NCBI GenBank assembly: GCA_025454755.1 | Contig: JALONV010000003.1 | Coordinates: 3,158 to 67,157, forward strand | From: Bacteroidales bacterium | Lineage (GTDB): Bacteria > Bacteroidota > Bacteroidia > Bacteroidales > VadinHA17 | DNA length: 64,000 nucleotides | Direction of reading: 5' to 3' | In this document: positions 17,434-26,442 of the stretch, in pieces | Layout: every line of letters starts with the position of its first letter | Numbering within the stretch: the first letter of the stretch is position 1 | Made by a program: the position numbers and the translations under genes | The notes under the pieces: model-generated | What the model saw: only the letters and a program-made list of their open reading frames with translations | Told to the model about the DNA's origin: nothing | Databases searched by the model: none

Positions 17434-19155
17434 ATGCTTTTTACGATCCAGGTAAATAATAAAAAGATTAAGGCTGAAAAAGGAGAAACGATCCTTTCGG
17501 CACTAAACCGTAATGGCATAATAATTCCCACTCTCTGCCGCATGAAGGAATTCACTCCGACGGGAGCCTGCCGGATGTGCGTCGTGGAGGTTGAAGGCCG
17601 CGACAGGCTGGTAACCGCGTGCTCACAGCCTGTTGAGGAATGGATGAAGATCAAAACACATTCCCCCAGGGTGATTACCGCAAGAAAAACCATCGTGGAG
17701 CTCCTTCTTTCAAATCACCCCGACGATTGCCTTTATTGCGACAAAAACCTGAACTGTGAACTGCAGCGTCTTTCCGAAGAGCTTAATATCAGGGAAAGAC
17801 GTATGCGCGCAAAGAAAATCCGTCCCAGGCTCGACCAGTCAAGTCCAGCTATTGTCAGAGAACTTTCGAAGTGCATCCTCTGCGGAAGATGCGTCAGGGT
17901 TTGTGAGGAAATAATTACTTCAACATCACTTGATTTTTTAAATAAAGGAAGTCAGACACATGTCGGCCCTGCTATGGACCGCGACTTCAATTTTTCAAGC
18001 TGCATCCACTGCGGGCAGTGCGTTCTGGTTTGTCCGACAGGCGCACTTCATGAGAAACATAATATAAATGAGGTACAGGAATACCTTAACAATCCTGAAT
18101 TGCTGAAAGTTATACAGTATTCGCCTCTCGTAGCATCCGGTATAGCCGAAGAGCTCGGGATAAAATATAACAGGGAATTTGACAGGATACTGAATTCAAT
18201 CCTTCGTAAAATAGGTTTCGAAAAAATATTTACCACCGGTACCGGCACTGATATCTGCATCACTGAAGTTACCGCACAGCTGAAGGAAGAAATTGAAAGA
18301 AAGTCCAAGACACCGCTATATATTTCTGCATGTCCTGCCTGGGTAAAATATGCTGAGCAATTCATGCCTGAGATCCTTCCCCTGCTGTCAACGGTGAAAT
18401 CACCCCAGCAGATCACAGGTATCCTTATAAAGACGCTGGTGGCGGAGCAGGCAGATGTCAGGCCGGAGAAGATTTACTCGGTTTCTGCAACACCATGCAT
18501 GGCAATGAAGTTCGAAGCAAGGAGAGACGGCATGATGCGGAAGGGGATCAGCGATGTCGATTCAGTGATGACCGTCCGGGAACTGGCAAGATTGATAAGG
18601 CTCTATGGCATAGATGTAACAAACATCGAACCTGAACCTGTTGATGAACCGATGTCGGGACTGACTTCTGCGGCAGCCCTGGCAGAAGTTTCCGGAGGAC
18701 TTGCAGAAGCAGTGATAAGATCCCTGTGGTTCAGTATCAATAATAATGAAGCTGACAGGCAGTTATTCAAGAAATTGCGTTCTGGCGGATCATTCAGGGA
18801 AGCCTCCTTCAGAATAGGTGAAACAGAGATCAGCGTTGCAGTTGTCGATGGTCTTATTGGTCTTGAGAAACTGAAGAATTCACAGGCATCAGGAAAAAAA
18901 TATGATCTCGTGGAGGTGATGACCTGCCAGGGAGGATGCGTTAATGGAGCTGGACTTCCCTATAGCTCAGTTAAAGATGAAAAGAAAAGCAGGGCAAAAA
19001 TGATCTATCACGCTGACGAGACAGATGCACTTAACCTGCCATGTAAATCGCCGGTACTGTTGAACCTGTACGATAAACTTATTAAAGAGAATAAGGAGAT
19101 TGGAGACAGGAAGATATTTTTTACACATTTTGAGAAGAGGAATGTTCTTTTGTAG
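17434..19155 (+). CDS. HydA/HndD-like [FeFe]-hydrogenase homologue with degenerate H-cluster pocket
   Basis: Accessory clusters intact (IPTLC..GACRMC..TAC; HPDDCLYC..C; CILCGRCVRVC; CIHCGQCVLVCP). H-domain motifs are ISACPAW, TPCMAMKFE and EVMTCQGGCVNGAG. Confidence 0.85.
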   Translation: MLFTIQVNNKKIKAEKGETILSALNRNGIIIPTLCRMKEFTPTGACRMCVVEVEGRDRLVTACSQPVEEWMKIKTHSPRVITARKTIVELLLSNHPDDCLYCDKNLNCELQRLSEELNIRERRMRAKKIRPRLDQSSPAIVRELSKCILCGRCVRVCEEIITSTSLDFLNKGSQTHVGPAMDRDFNFSSCIHCGQCVLVCPTGALHEKHNINEVQEYLNNPELLKVIQYSPLVASGIAEELGIKYNREFDRILNSILRKIGFEKIFTTGTGTDICITEVTAQLKEEIERKSKTPLYISACPAWVKYAEQFMPEILPLLSTVKSPQQITGILIKTLVAEQADVRPEKIYSVSATPCMAMKFEARRDGMMRKGISDVDSVMTVRELARLIRLYGIDVTNIEPEPVDEPMSGLTSAAALAEVSGGLAEAVIRSLWFSINNNEADRQLFKKLRSGGSFREASFRIGETEISVAVVDGLIGLEKLKNSQASGKKYDLVEVMTCQGGCVNGAGLPYSSVKDEKKSRAKMIYHADETDALNLPCKSPVLLNLYDKLIKENKEIGDRKIFFTHFEKRNVLL

Positions 19156-19192
19156 GAAGATAAAAGACTCAAGAAACAAGTAATTTGCAACC

Positions 19193-19255
19193 GCTAGCGC
19201 GGATTTGCAATCCGTGCTGCCTACGTAAAGGCACAGATTATAAATCCGCGCCAGC
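19193..19255. repeat. REP-like inverted repeat (GCTAGCGCGGATTTGCAATCCGTGC / GCACAGATTATAAATCCGCGCCAGC)
   Basis: 25-bp arms, 21/25 complementary, 13-nt spacer. Each arm is itself a small palindrome. Confidence 0.85.
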
Positions 19256-19268
19256 AAAAGAAGAAAAA

Positions 19269-21230
19269 ATGCTCGTCTATACCATTAAAGAACTCTGCCG
19301 TACTTGCTACACCTGTGTCAGGGAGTGCCCTGCCAAGGCGATCCGTATTGTCGGCGGCCAGGCAGAGGTAATTACTGACCGGTGCATCGCCTGCGGGAAT
19401 TGTACTAAAGTGTGCAGTCAGGGTGCAAAAGTATTCCTGAATACCACCGACAGGGTGCTGAAGCTTCTGGGCGACCAGCCAAAAGTTGCTGCCATGATTG
19501 CACCTAGTTTTCCGGCAGAGTTTTCTGATATCCCTGATCACCGCATGCTTATTGGTATGATCAGATCAATTGGTTTTGAATATGTTACAGAAGTTTCATT
19601 CGGCGCCGATATTGTCGCTGACAAGTACAAAAAACTTGTAAATGAAAGCAATGAATATTATATTACTTCAGACTGTCCTTCAATAGTAAATTATATCAAG
19701 TATTATCACCCTGCCCTGGCCGACAGCCTTGCTCCGATTGTTTCACCGATGGTTGCCATGAGCAGGATTGTACATAAAAAATATGGTGAGGATACAAAGA
19801 TTGTCTTCATAGGTCCGTGTGTTGCAAAAAAAGCAGAAAGCAGTGAGATTGATGAAGCCATTACTTTCACCGAGCTAAGGGATCTTTTTGCCCAGCTTGG
19901 CATTTCTCCTGCAAACAGCACTCCTTCGGATTTTGATCCGCCGTTTGGCGGACGCGGCGCTATTTTTCCTGTAACGAGAGGATTGCTGCAGACCGCAAGT
20001 ATAAATGATGATGCCATAACCGGCAACATTATTGCTGCTGAAGGGAGGATAGGTTTCCAGGAAGCGCTGAAGGAATTTGAGGCAGGACTTATTAAAACCC
20101 AGCATGTAGAACTGCTCTGCTGCGAAGGATGCATTATGGGACCGGGTCTTTCAAAGAATGGAAAACAGTATAACAGGAGAGCCCTGGTGAGCAGTTATGC
20201 AAATAGGAAGATGAATGAGATTGACCAGAATGGATGGAAATCGGCATTCGATGAGTTTTCAGATCTCGACCTTTCTGTAAGGCATAAAGCAGAAGATCAC
20301 AGGCTTTTAATGCCTGATGAGGCAGATGTCACGGATGTCCTTATTTCGATGGGCAAAAAGACCAGGAAAGACCAGCTCGATTGCGGAGCATGCGGTTATG
20401 AGAGCTGTGTTGAACATGCCATAGCGATTAAAAAGGGATTGGCTGAAGTGGAGATGTGCCTTCCCTATACTATTGAGAAGCTTCACAAATCGGTTACTGA
20501 CCTCGCGCTTTCCAATGAGAAACTCAGCTCAATGAGGCAGGCGCTTAAGCAGTCTGAGAAACTTGCTCACATGGGTCAGCTGTCGGCAGGTATCGCTCAT
20601 GAACTCAATAATCCGCTGGGCGTTGTGATAATGTACAGCAATATTCTGCTTGATGAATGCAAACCTGACGATCCCGTACGGGAGGACTTAAAGCTGGTTG
20701 TGGAACAGGCCGGAAGGTGCAAGAAGATCGTGGCCGGACTTCTGAATTTTGCAAGGAAAAACCAGGTAAACCATCAGATGGTCAACATCGGTGAACTGAT
20801 CAGTCATAGCCTTGAAAGTATCATTGTACCGGCGAATGTAAAGGTCTCAGTTGTAAATAAAACTACCAATCCCGATGCAATGCTCGACTCAGAACAGATG
20901 ATGCAGGTTCTGACTAACCTTATCAAGAATGCCATCGATGCAATGCCGGGGGGAGGCGCTGTAAACATTCTCCTGGAAGATACGCTCAGCCATGTCAGCA
21001 TTACCGTTGGCGACACAGGTTCTGGTATCAGGGAAGAGAACAGATCAAAGGTTTTCGAACCATTCTTTACAACTAAAGGACTCGGCCATGGCACAGGCCT
21101 GGGACTTGCCACTGCCTACGGGATTGTGAAGATGCACAAGGGGCAGATAACTGTCGAATCCAACACCGATCCGGCAAAAGGGCCGACAGGTACAAGCTTT
21201 AAAATTGTATTACCAAGGAGGAAAGAATAA
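19269..21230 (+). CDS. Sensory [FeFe]-hydrogenase-like domain fused to a histidine kinase
   Basis: 2x[4Fe-4S] N-terminus; [27 protein letters not shown]; [10 protein letters not shown] FeS domain; His[11 protein letters not shown]; HATPase NAIDA, DTGSGI, FFTTK, GTGLGL. Start set at ATG 19269 because the upstream TTG extension is repeat DNA. Confidence 0.9.
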   Translation: MLVYTIKELCRTCYTCVRECPAKAIRIVGGQAEVITDRCIACGNCTKVCSQGAKVFLNTTDRVLKLLGDQPKVAAMIAPSFPAEFSDIPDHRMLIGMIRSIGFEYVTEVSFGADIVADKYKKLVNESNEYYITSDCPSIVNYIKYYHPALADSLAPIVSPMVAMSRIVHKKYGEDTKIVFIGPCVAKKAESSEIDEAITFTELRDLFAQLGISPANSTPSDFDPPFGGRGAIFPVTRGLLQTASINDDAITGNIIAAEGRIGFQEALKEFEAGLIKTQHVELLCCEGCIMGPGLSKNGKQYNRRALVSSYANRKMNEIDQNGWKSAFDEFSDLDLSVRHKAEDHRLLMPDEADVTDVLISMGKKTRKDQLDCGACGYESCVEHAIAIKKGLAEVEMCLPYTIEKLHKSVTDLALSNEKLSSMRQALKQSEKLAHMGQLSAGIAHELNNPLGVVIMYSNILLDECKPDDPVREDLKLVVEQAGRCKKIVAGLLNFARKNQVNHQMVNIGELISHSLESIIVPANVKVSVVNKTTNPDAMLDSEQMMQVLTNLIKNAIDAMPGGGAVNILLEDTLSHVSITVGDTGSGIREENRSKVFEPFFTTKGLGHGTGLGLATAYGIVKMHKGQITVESNTDPAKGPTGTSFKIVLPRRKE

Positions 21231-21626
21231 ATGAAGAAAAGCGATTATACGATACTTGTTGCCGATGATGACCCTGACTATCTCTTTCAGACTGTATTCA
21301 GTCTTGAGAAAGCAGGTTACAAGACTGTTGCTGTGGAGAGCCAGGCAGAAGCTGAATCGGTAATATCTAAATTCAGACCCGATCTTGCTATTTTTGACCT
21401 TATGATGGAGAGCGACGACAGCGGGTTCATTCTCTGCTATAAGATAAAGAAGAAATATCCGGATGTGCCGGTGATCCTTGCTACTGCAGTTTCAAGGGAG
21501 ACCGGAATGTCATTCAGTATCGATTCTGAAAAGGACAAATCGTGGATCAGAGCTGACAAATACCTTGAAAAAGGGATCAGGGCTGAACAGCTCGACCAGG
21601 AGGTTATGAAACTTTTAAAGATATGA
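21231..21626 (+). CDS. Single-domain response regulator (receiver)
   Basis: VADDD, FDLMM (phospho-Asp), LATA, LEK. No output domain. Confidence 0.88.
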   Translation: MKKSDYTILVADDDPDYLFQTVFSLEKAGYKTVAVESQAEAESVISKFRPDLAIFDLMMESDDSGFILCYKIKKKYPDVPVILATAVSRETGMSFSIDSEKDKSWIRADKYLEKGIRAEQLDQEVMKLLKI

Positions 21627-21627
21627 C

Positions 21628-22764
21628 ATGGCAGTCTTGAAAATACTTGTTATCGATGATGAACCCGGGATACGGTCGGGAGTGACACGTATCCTGAGAG
21701 ATTTTCATGTGACATATCCATTCATGGATGAGGATTATACTTTCGAAGTTCTTCAGGCTCCCACCGGTGAAGATGGAATAAGTATTATTGAAAACGACAA
21801 ACCCGACATTATTCTCCTCGACAACAAACTTCCGGGAATCCAGGGTGTGGATGTACTTGAGTATGTCCGCGAGAGAAAATACGACATTGTTGTCGCAATG
21901 ATCACATCCTATGCATCGCTTGACGTTGCCATTAGGGCAACACGTGACGGTGCAACCGATTTTATTCCCAAACCATTCACTCCACAGGAACTCAAGTCGA
22001 GCATTGAGAATATTTCCAAACAGCTATATCTCAGGAAGGTAACCGACAAGCTGAAGACGGAGGGAAAAAAGGTCAGATACCAGTTTCTGTCAGTCCTTTC
22101 TCATGAACTTAAAGCTCCTCTGAATGCTATCGAAGGTTATCTCAGAATGATGCAGGAGAAACAGGCCGGCGACAGGATAGATGATTATGCTGATCATATC
22201 GACAGGTCGCTTCAGCGGATACAGGGAATGAGGAACCTCATCATGGACCTGCTGGACTTTACCAAGATCAGGCTTGAAAGGAGGGAAGAAAAGATCCAGG
22301 AGGTTGATCTTGCCGAAGTGGCAAAAGGCGCAATTGTGACGGTTCAGCCTTATGCTATTCAGATGGACGTTACCATAAACCTGGATGTCAGAAGCGATTC
22401 GATGATCATGGCTGATCCGGAAGATATGGAGATCATCTTCAACAATCTGATCTCCAATGCAGTTAAATACAACAAGGTCGGGGGTAAGGCAGATATAACT
22501 ATCGACAGTACGGAAAGTGAAGTGCTGCTGGTCTTCACCGACACAGGCATAGGTATATCTGATGCTGACAGGGAGAATCTTTTCAAGGATTTCATGAGGG
22601 TGAAGAATGAAAGGACAAAAAATATATCAGGCAGCGGCCTGGGGTTGAGTATTGTGAGGAAAGTAATTGAACTGTATCATGGTACAGTAAAGGTTGACAG
22701 CAAACCTGACCTTGGAACCGTTTTTACTGTAAGATTGCCAAAGAAACCACCAACAATAACCTGA
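21628..22764 (+). CDS. Receiver-histidine kinase hybrid (no sensor domain)
   Basis: VIDDE, LLDNKLP and KPF receiver motifs; SHELKAPL; NAVKY, DTGIGI, GSGLGL. Confidence 0.9.
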   Translation: MAVLKILVIDDEPGIRSGVTRILRDFHVTYPFMDEDYTFEVLQAPTGEDGISIIENDKPDIILLDNKLPGIQGVDVLEYVRERKYDIVVAMITSYASLDVAIRATRDGATDFIPKPFTPQELKSSIENISKQLYLRKVTDKLKTEGKKVRYQFLSVLSHELKAPLNAIEGYLRMMQEKQAGDRIDDYADHIDRSLQRIQGMRNLIMDLLDFTKIRLERREEKIQEVDLAEVAKGAIVTVQPYAIQMDVTINLDVRSDSMIMADPEDMEIIFNNLISNAVKYNKVGGKADITIDSTESEVLLVFTDTGIGISDADRENLFKDFMRVKNERTKNISGSGLGLSIVRKVIELYHGTVKVDSKPDLGTVFTVRLPKKPPTIT

Positions 22765-22770
22765 TAAATT

Positions 22771-23394
22771 ATGAAACTGCCAGGAAAAACTGTAGAAAGA
22801 CTGAGTGAGTACAGAAGAACTCTTCTGGAATGTCTTCTCGAAAAGAAAAACTTCATTTTTTCACACGACCTTGCAGCCCGTCTGCATATTACGGCTGTCC
22901 AGGTAAGACGCGACCTGATGCTGATCGGCTATTCCTCGGTACAGCGCAAGGGCTATGATGTGAAAGAGCTCATTGAAAAAATAGGGACCATTATTGATTC
23001 TGAAGAGAGCCTTAATGTCGCCATAATCGGAATAGGGAACCTTGGAAGAGCTGTCGCAGGTTATTTCAAGGGAAAGAGATCCAAGCTTAATCTTGTTGCA
23101 TCATTCGATACAGATCCGCAAAAGATCAACAAGGTGGTATCCGGGGTAAAGTGTTATCACCATAACGAGATGGAACAGGTAATAAGAGACCTGAATATAA
23201 GGATAGCAATAATTACTGTTCCTCCAGACTATGCAAAGGAGATAGCCGAGGAGGCAGTCCGCTTCGGAATAAAAGGCATACTGAACTTTACCACGATCCC
23301 ACTCAATGTACCCTCATGGGTGTTCCTTGAAGAATATGACATGATCACTTCCATTGAAAAAGTAGCCTATTTTGTCAAGGAGAATACTATTTAG
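22771..23394 (+). CDS. rex: Redox-sensing transcriptional repressor Rex
   Basis: P.KTVERLSEY, QVRRDL, GY winged helix; GIGNLGRA Rossmann fold; GILNFT. Confidence 0.92.
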   Translation: MKLPGKTVERLSEYRRTLLECLLEKKNFIFSHDLAARLHITAVQVRRDLMLIGYSSVQRKGYDVKELIEKIGTIIDSEESLNVAIIGIGNLGRAVAGYFKGKRSKLNLVASFDTDPQKINKVVSGVKCYHHNEMEQVIRDLNIRIAIITVPPDYAKEIAEEAVRFGIKGILNFTTIPLNVPSWVFLEEYDMITSIEKVAYFVKENTI

Positions 23395-23399
23395 TGTTC

Positions 23400-24320
23400 A
23401 TGAATAACATGAAGATATTCAGGGGCTTTGAGCAGGCAAGAGGAATCAGGAATCCTGTGGTTACAACGGGTTCATTTGACGGTGTCCACATCGGGCATAA
23501 AACTATTCTGAACCGGCTTAAGCTCCTGGCAGAAAAGCACAACGGAGAATCTGTTCTGATAACTTTCGATCCCCATCCGCGGAAGGTGCTTTATCCCGAA
23601 ACTGCAGGCAAAAGCCTGAAACTTATCAATTCACAGGAGGAGAAACTCGAGCTTCTGAGAAAAGCCGGACTTGATAACCTGATCATAGTAGAATTTACCA
23701 GAGAATTCTCAAAAACCACTAGTGAAGAGTTTGTCAGAAATTATCTGCATGGCATCCTGAAGGCAAAGGTTGTGGTTGCAGGATTCAATCATCATTTTGG
23801 TTTCAATCAGGAAGGCGATTACAGGCAGTTGTGGGGGTGGCGGGAGAAGTACAACTTTGAAGCCGAAGAGATACCTGAACAGGAAGTACAGCACGAAACA
23901 GTAAGCTCTACCAATATCCGTAAGGCAATAAGCGAGGGTTATATTCAAAGAGCAAATGCGTATCTCGATCATTATTATATGATCATGGGTATTCCTGAAA
24001 AGCATGCTGTAATTTTTGATCTTCCTTTCCTTAAAATACCGCTGACAGAGGAATGCAAACTTCTGCCGGCAACCGGAATTTATGCAGTATCGGTAATCTC
24101 GGGCCAGGCAAATACAAAAGGGATGGTTGTCATCAATGAATCACATGAGAAGAAGCCGGAAATACTTCTGCATATTTTTGAAGAAGCAGATATGTTCCAG
24201 GGAAAAACTTCGACTATACTTTTCCATAAGATGATACATGGGTCAGTCTATCTGTCAGAAGCAAAGACGGCAGAGCGGATTATCAATGCAAAAAGCGAGA
24301 TAACGGATCTTATATACTGA
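23400..24320 (+). CDS. RibF-like FAD synthetase (FMN adenylyltransferase) with degenerate riboflavin-kinase domain
   Basis: GSFDGVHIGH, TFDPHP, GFNHHFG and VSSTNIR are intact. The C-terminal domain lacks GRxLGFPTAN and the catalytic E-x-H. Confidence 0.8.
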   Translation: MNNMKIFRGFEQARGIRNPVVTTGSFDGVHIGHKTILNRLKLLAEKHNGESVLITFDPHPRKVLYPETAGKSLKLINSQEEKLELLRKAGLDNLIIVEFTREFSKTTSEEFVRNYLHGILKAKVVVAGFNHHFGFNQEGDYRQLWGWREKYNFEAEEIPEQEVQHETVSSTNIRKAISEGYIQRANAYLDHYYMIMGIPEKHAVIFDLPFLKIPLTEECKLLPATGIYAVSVISGQANTKGMVVINESHEKKPEILLHIFEEADMFQGKTSTILFHKMIHGSVYLSEAKTAERIINAKSEITDLIY

Positions 24321-24352
24321 TAAGAATCATCTTCCGGCAGCCATCTTTTCAG

Positions 24353-24360
24353 TATCTTTG
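24353..24360 (+). promoter_or_regulatory. -7 promoter element (TATCTTTG) upstream of hydG
   Basis: Exact TAnnTTTG 24 nt before the ATG. Confidence 0.55.
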
Positions 24361-24384
24361 CAACCTGTTTAATATAAATATTTC

Positions 24385-25809
24385 ATGCGCTTTTCACCCG
24401 AAAAACTAAAGATCCCTGATCAGAGAATGAAACCATTCATTGATCCTGAAGAAATATGGGATCTAATAAATAATACCAAACCCGACAAGCAGAGGGTGAG
24501 AGAAGTGATTGCAAAATCTCTTGATAAAAACCGCCTTACACTTGAAGAAACTGCTGTGCTCGTGAATTCAATGGGGACCGGTCTTGAAGAAGAAATAAAA
24601 CAAGGAGCCAGGGAGCTTAAGGAAAAAGTATACGGAAACAGGATTGTTCTTTTTGCACCTCTTTATGTCGGTAACAGATGTACCAATAATTGCCAGTATT
24701 GCGGATTCAGGGCTTCCAACAAAGATGCTGTAAGGAAGACACTTACTGATGAGGAGATTATAAAGGAAGTTGAAGCCCTTGAGGATAACGGACAGAAGAG
24801 GCTGATCCTGGTTTATGGGGAGCATCCTGAGTATTCACCCGAATATATTGCGCATACTGTGAAGCTGGTGTATGGCATTAAAAAAGGACATGGTGAAATA
24901 AGGAGAGTTAACATAAATGCCGCACCTCTCACGATCGAAGGGTTCAGAACAGTTGGAGAGGCCGGCATCGGAACATACCAGGTATTCCAGGAAACCTATC
25001 ATCCGGAAGCATATAAATGGTATCACCCCAGCGGTAAAAAGAAGGATTACGAATGGAGAGTTACTGCGCTCGACAGAGCACAGGAGGCAGGTATTGATGA
25101 TGTTGGAATTGGCGCGCTCTTTGGTTTGTACGACTGGCGGTTTGAAGTTCTCGGACTGGTGCGGCACACAAATCATCTTGAAGCCTGCTATAACGTAGGG
25201 CCCCATACCATATCATTCCCGAGGATTAAAGATGCTCTCAGCCTCAATATAGACGGTACATACCAGACAAGTGATGATGAATTCAAAAAACTTGTGCCTA
25301 TTCTGAGACTGGCAGTCCCGTATACAGGGATGATACTGACTGCAAGGGAAGCGCCTGAAGTAAGGAAAGAAGTGATGCAGTATGGCGTATCACAAATAGA
25401 TGGCGGCACCAAGCTGGAGATTGGATCTTACTCAGATTCACAGAATGAGGTACAGAATCTCAATCGTGAACAGTTTAAAATTAATGACCCGCGTTCGCTT
25501 GCAGAAGTAATCGAGGAATTGCTTGTAAATGATTATATACCCTCATTTTGCACATCCTGCTACAGGATGGGAAGAACCGGTGAGCACTTCATGGAATTTT
25601 CGGTACCCGGATTCATCAAGCGTTTCTGTACACCCAATGCAATCCTTACCCTGTCGGAATATATATGCGATTATGCAACCGATAGCGTTGCTGAAAAGGG
25701 CTGGAAAGTGATCGAGAAGAACCTTAAAAAGCTCGAACCCGGGGTGGAACAGACAACACGAGAGAAAATAGAACGGATTAGAAATGGAGAAAGAGACCTC
25801 TATTTTTAA
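24385..25809 (+). CDS. hydG: [FeFe]-hydrogenase H-cluster radical SAM maturase HydG
   Basis: FAPLY, CTNNCQYC, FQETYH, GPHTISFPR, C-terminal FCTSCYR...FC auxiliary-cluster motif, GERDLYF end. Confidence 0.95.
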   Translation: MRFSPEKLKIPDQRMKPFIDPEEIWDLINNTKPDKQRVREVIAKSLDKNRLTLEETAVLVNSMGTGLEEEIKQGARELKEKVYGNRIVLFAPLYVGNRCTNNCQYCGFRASNKDAVRKTLTDEEIIKEVEALEDNGQKRLILVYGEHPEYSPEYIAHTVKLVYGIKKGHGEIRRVNINAAPLTIEGFRTVGEAGIGTYQVFQETYHPEAYKWYHPSGKKKDYEWRVTALDRAQEAGIDDVGIGALFGLYDWRFEVLGLVRHTNHLEACYNVGPHTISFPRIKDALSLNIDGTYQTSDDEFKKLVPILRLAVPYTGMILTAREAPEVRKEVMQYGVSQIDGGTKLEIGSYSDSQNEVQNLNREQFKINDPRSLAEVIEELLVNDYIPSFCTSCYRMGRTGEHFMEFSVPGFIKRFCTPNAILTLSEYICDYATDSVAEKGWKVIEKNLKKLEPGVEQTTREKIERIRNGERDLYF

Positions 25810-25854
25810 AGGCTTCAGGCATCAGGCTTCAGGCATCAGGCTTCAGGCGACAGG
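25810..25854. repeat. Alternating heptamer array AGGCTTC/AGGCATC (6 units), with a short inverted copy at about 25868-25880
   Basis: Read directly right after the hydG stop. Confidence 0.9.
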
Positions 25855-25915
25855 AAGAAAAGACAATAAGCCCGACGCCTTTTCCTAGTAATAATACTTT
25901 TTATAAAATACTCTT

Positions 25916-26440
25916 ATGATTAAAGTTTTAGGAATCAAGATTGTGGACAGAATAAAGGAAGCAGGACTTACTCAGGAAATCCTGTCCCGTCATTCGGGTG
26001 TTATAACGACCCGCCTTGGTTTTCATGAGGTTACAGAAAGCATCTGCAGCCGTGAAGCATATATTATACTTCATCTCAAAGATGATGAGGCAGAATCGGA
26101 TAAACTTAAAAAAGAGCTTGAACCACTGGGTGGAATAGAAATCAGGGAAATGGTCTTTTCAGGAAATGGAAAAAATGAGTATGTGAAGGAAAATGACGGC
26201 ATGATAGAGATCCTTGGCCTACTTCTTGAAAAGAGATACGAAGTGATACTTTCAGTTCAGAAACTTCTTACATCCTATGGCTGCTACATCCGCACGCGCC
26301 TGGGTGTAAATGAGACGTTCTTTGGCGAACCTGCAGGACTCATTATTCTTGAACTATGCGGCGATAAGGAACAGAGGGAACTCCTTGAAAAAGACCTTGT
26401 TGCACTGACAGGAGTCCATGTGAGGAAAATGATCTTCTGA
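25916..26440 (+). CDS. Tandem two-domain TM1266-like (iron-only hydrogenase system regulator, ACT-like) protein
   Basis: Two similar halves: VLGIKIVDR..QEILS.H...ITTRLG and ILGLLLEKR..VQKLLTSYGCYIRTRLG. Adjacent to hydG. Confidence 0.65.
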   Translation: MIKVLGIKIVDRIKEAGLTQEILSRHSGVITTRLGFHEVTESICSREAYIILHLKDDEAESDKLKKELEPLGGIEIREMVFSGNGKNEYVKENDGMIEILGLLLEKRYEVILSVQKLLTSYGCYIRTRLGVNETFFGEPAGLIILELCGDKEQRELLEKDLVALTGVHVRKMIF

Positions 26441-26442
26441 TT

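Noticed and set aside
15023-19155. Respiratory complex I nuoEFG or a formate dehydrogenase
   Set aside because: The third subunit has an [FeFe]-hydrogenase H-domain rather than a molybdopterin-type domain, and no membrane nuo genes are present.
19185-19268. Cys-containing N-terminal extension of the hydrogenase-kinase (MQPLARICNPCC...)
   Set aside because: Encoded by the REP-like inverted repeat. The A-rich ATG at 19269 aligns with the start of the ferredoxin domain.
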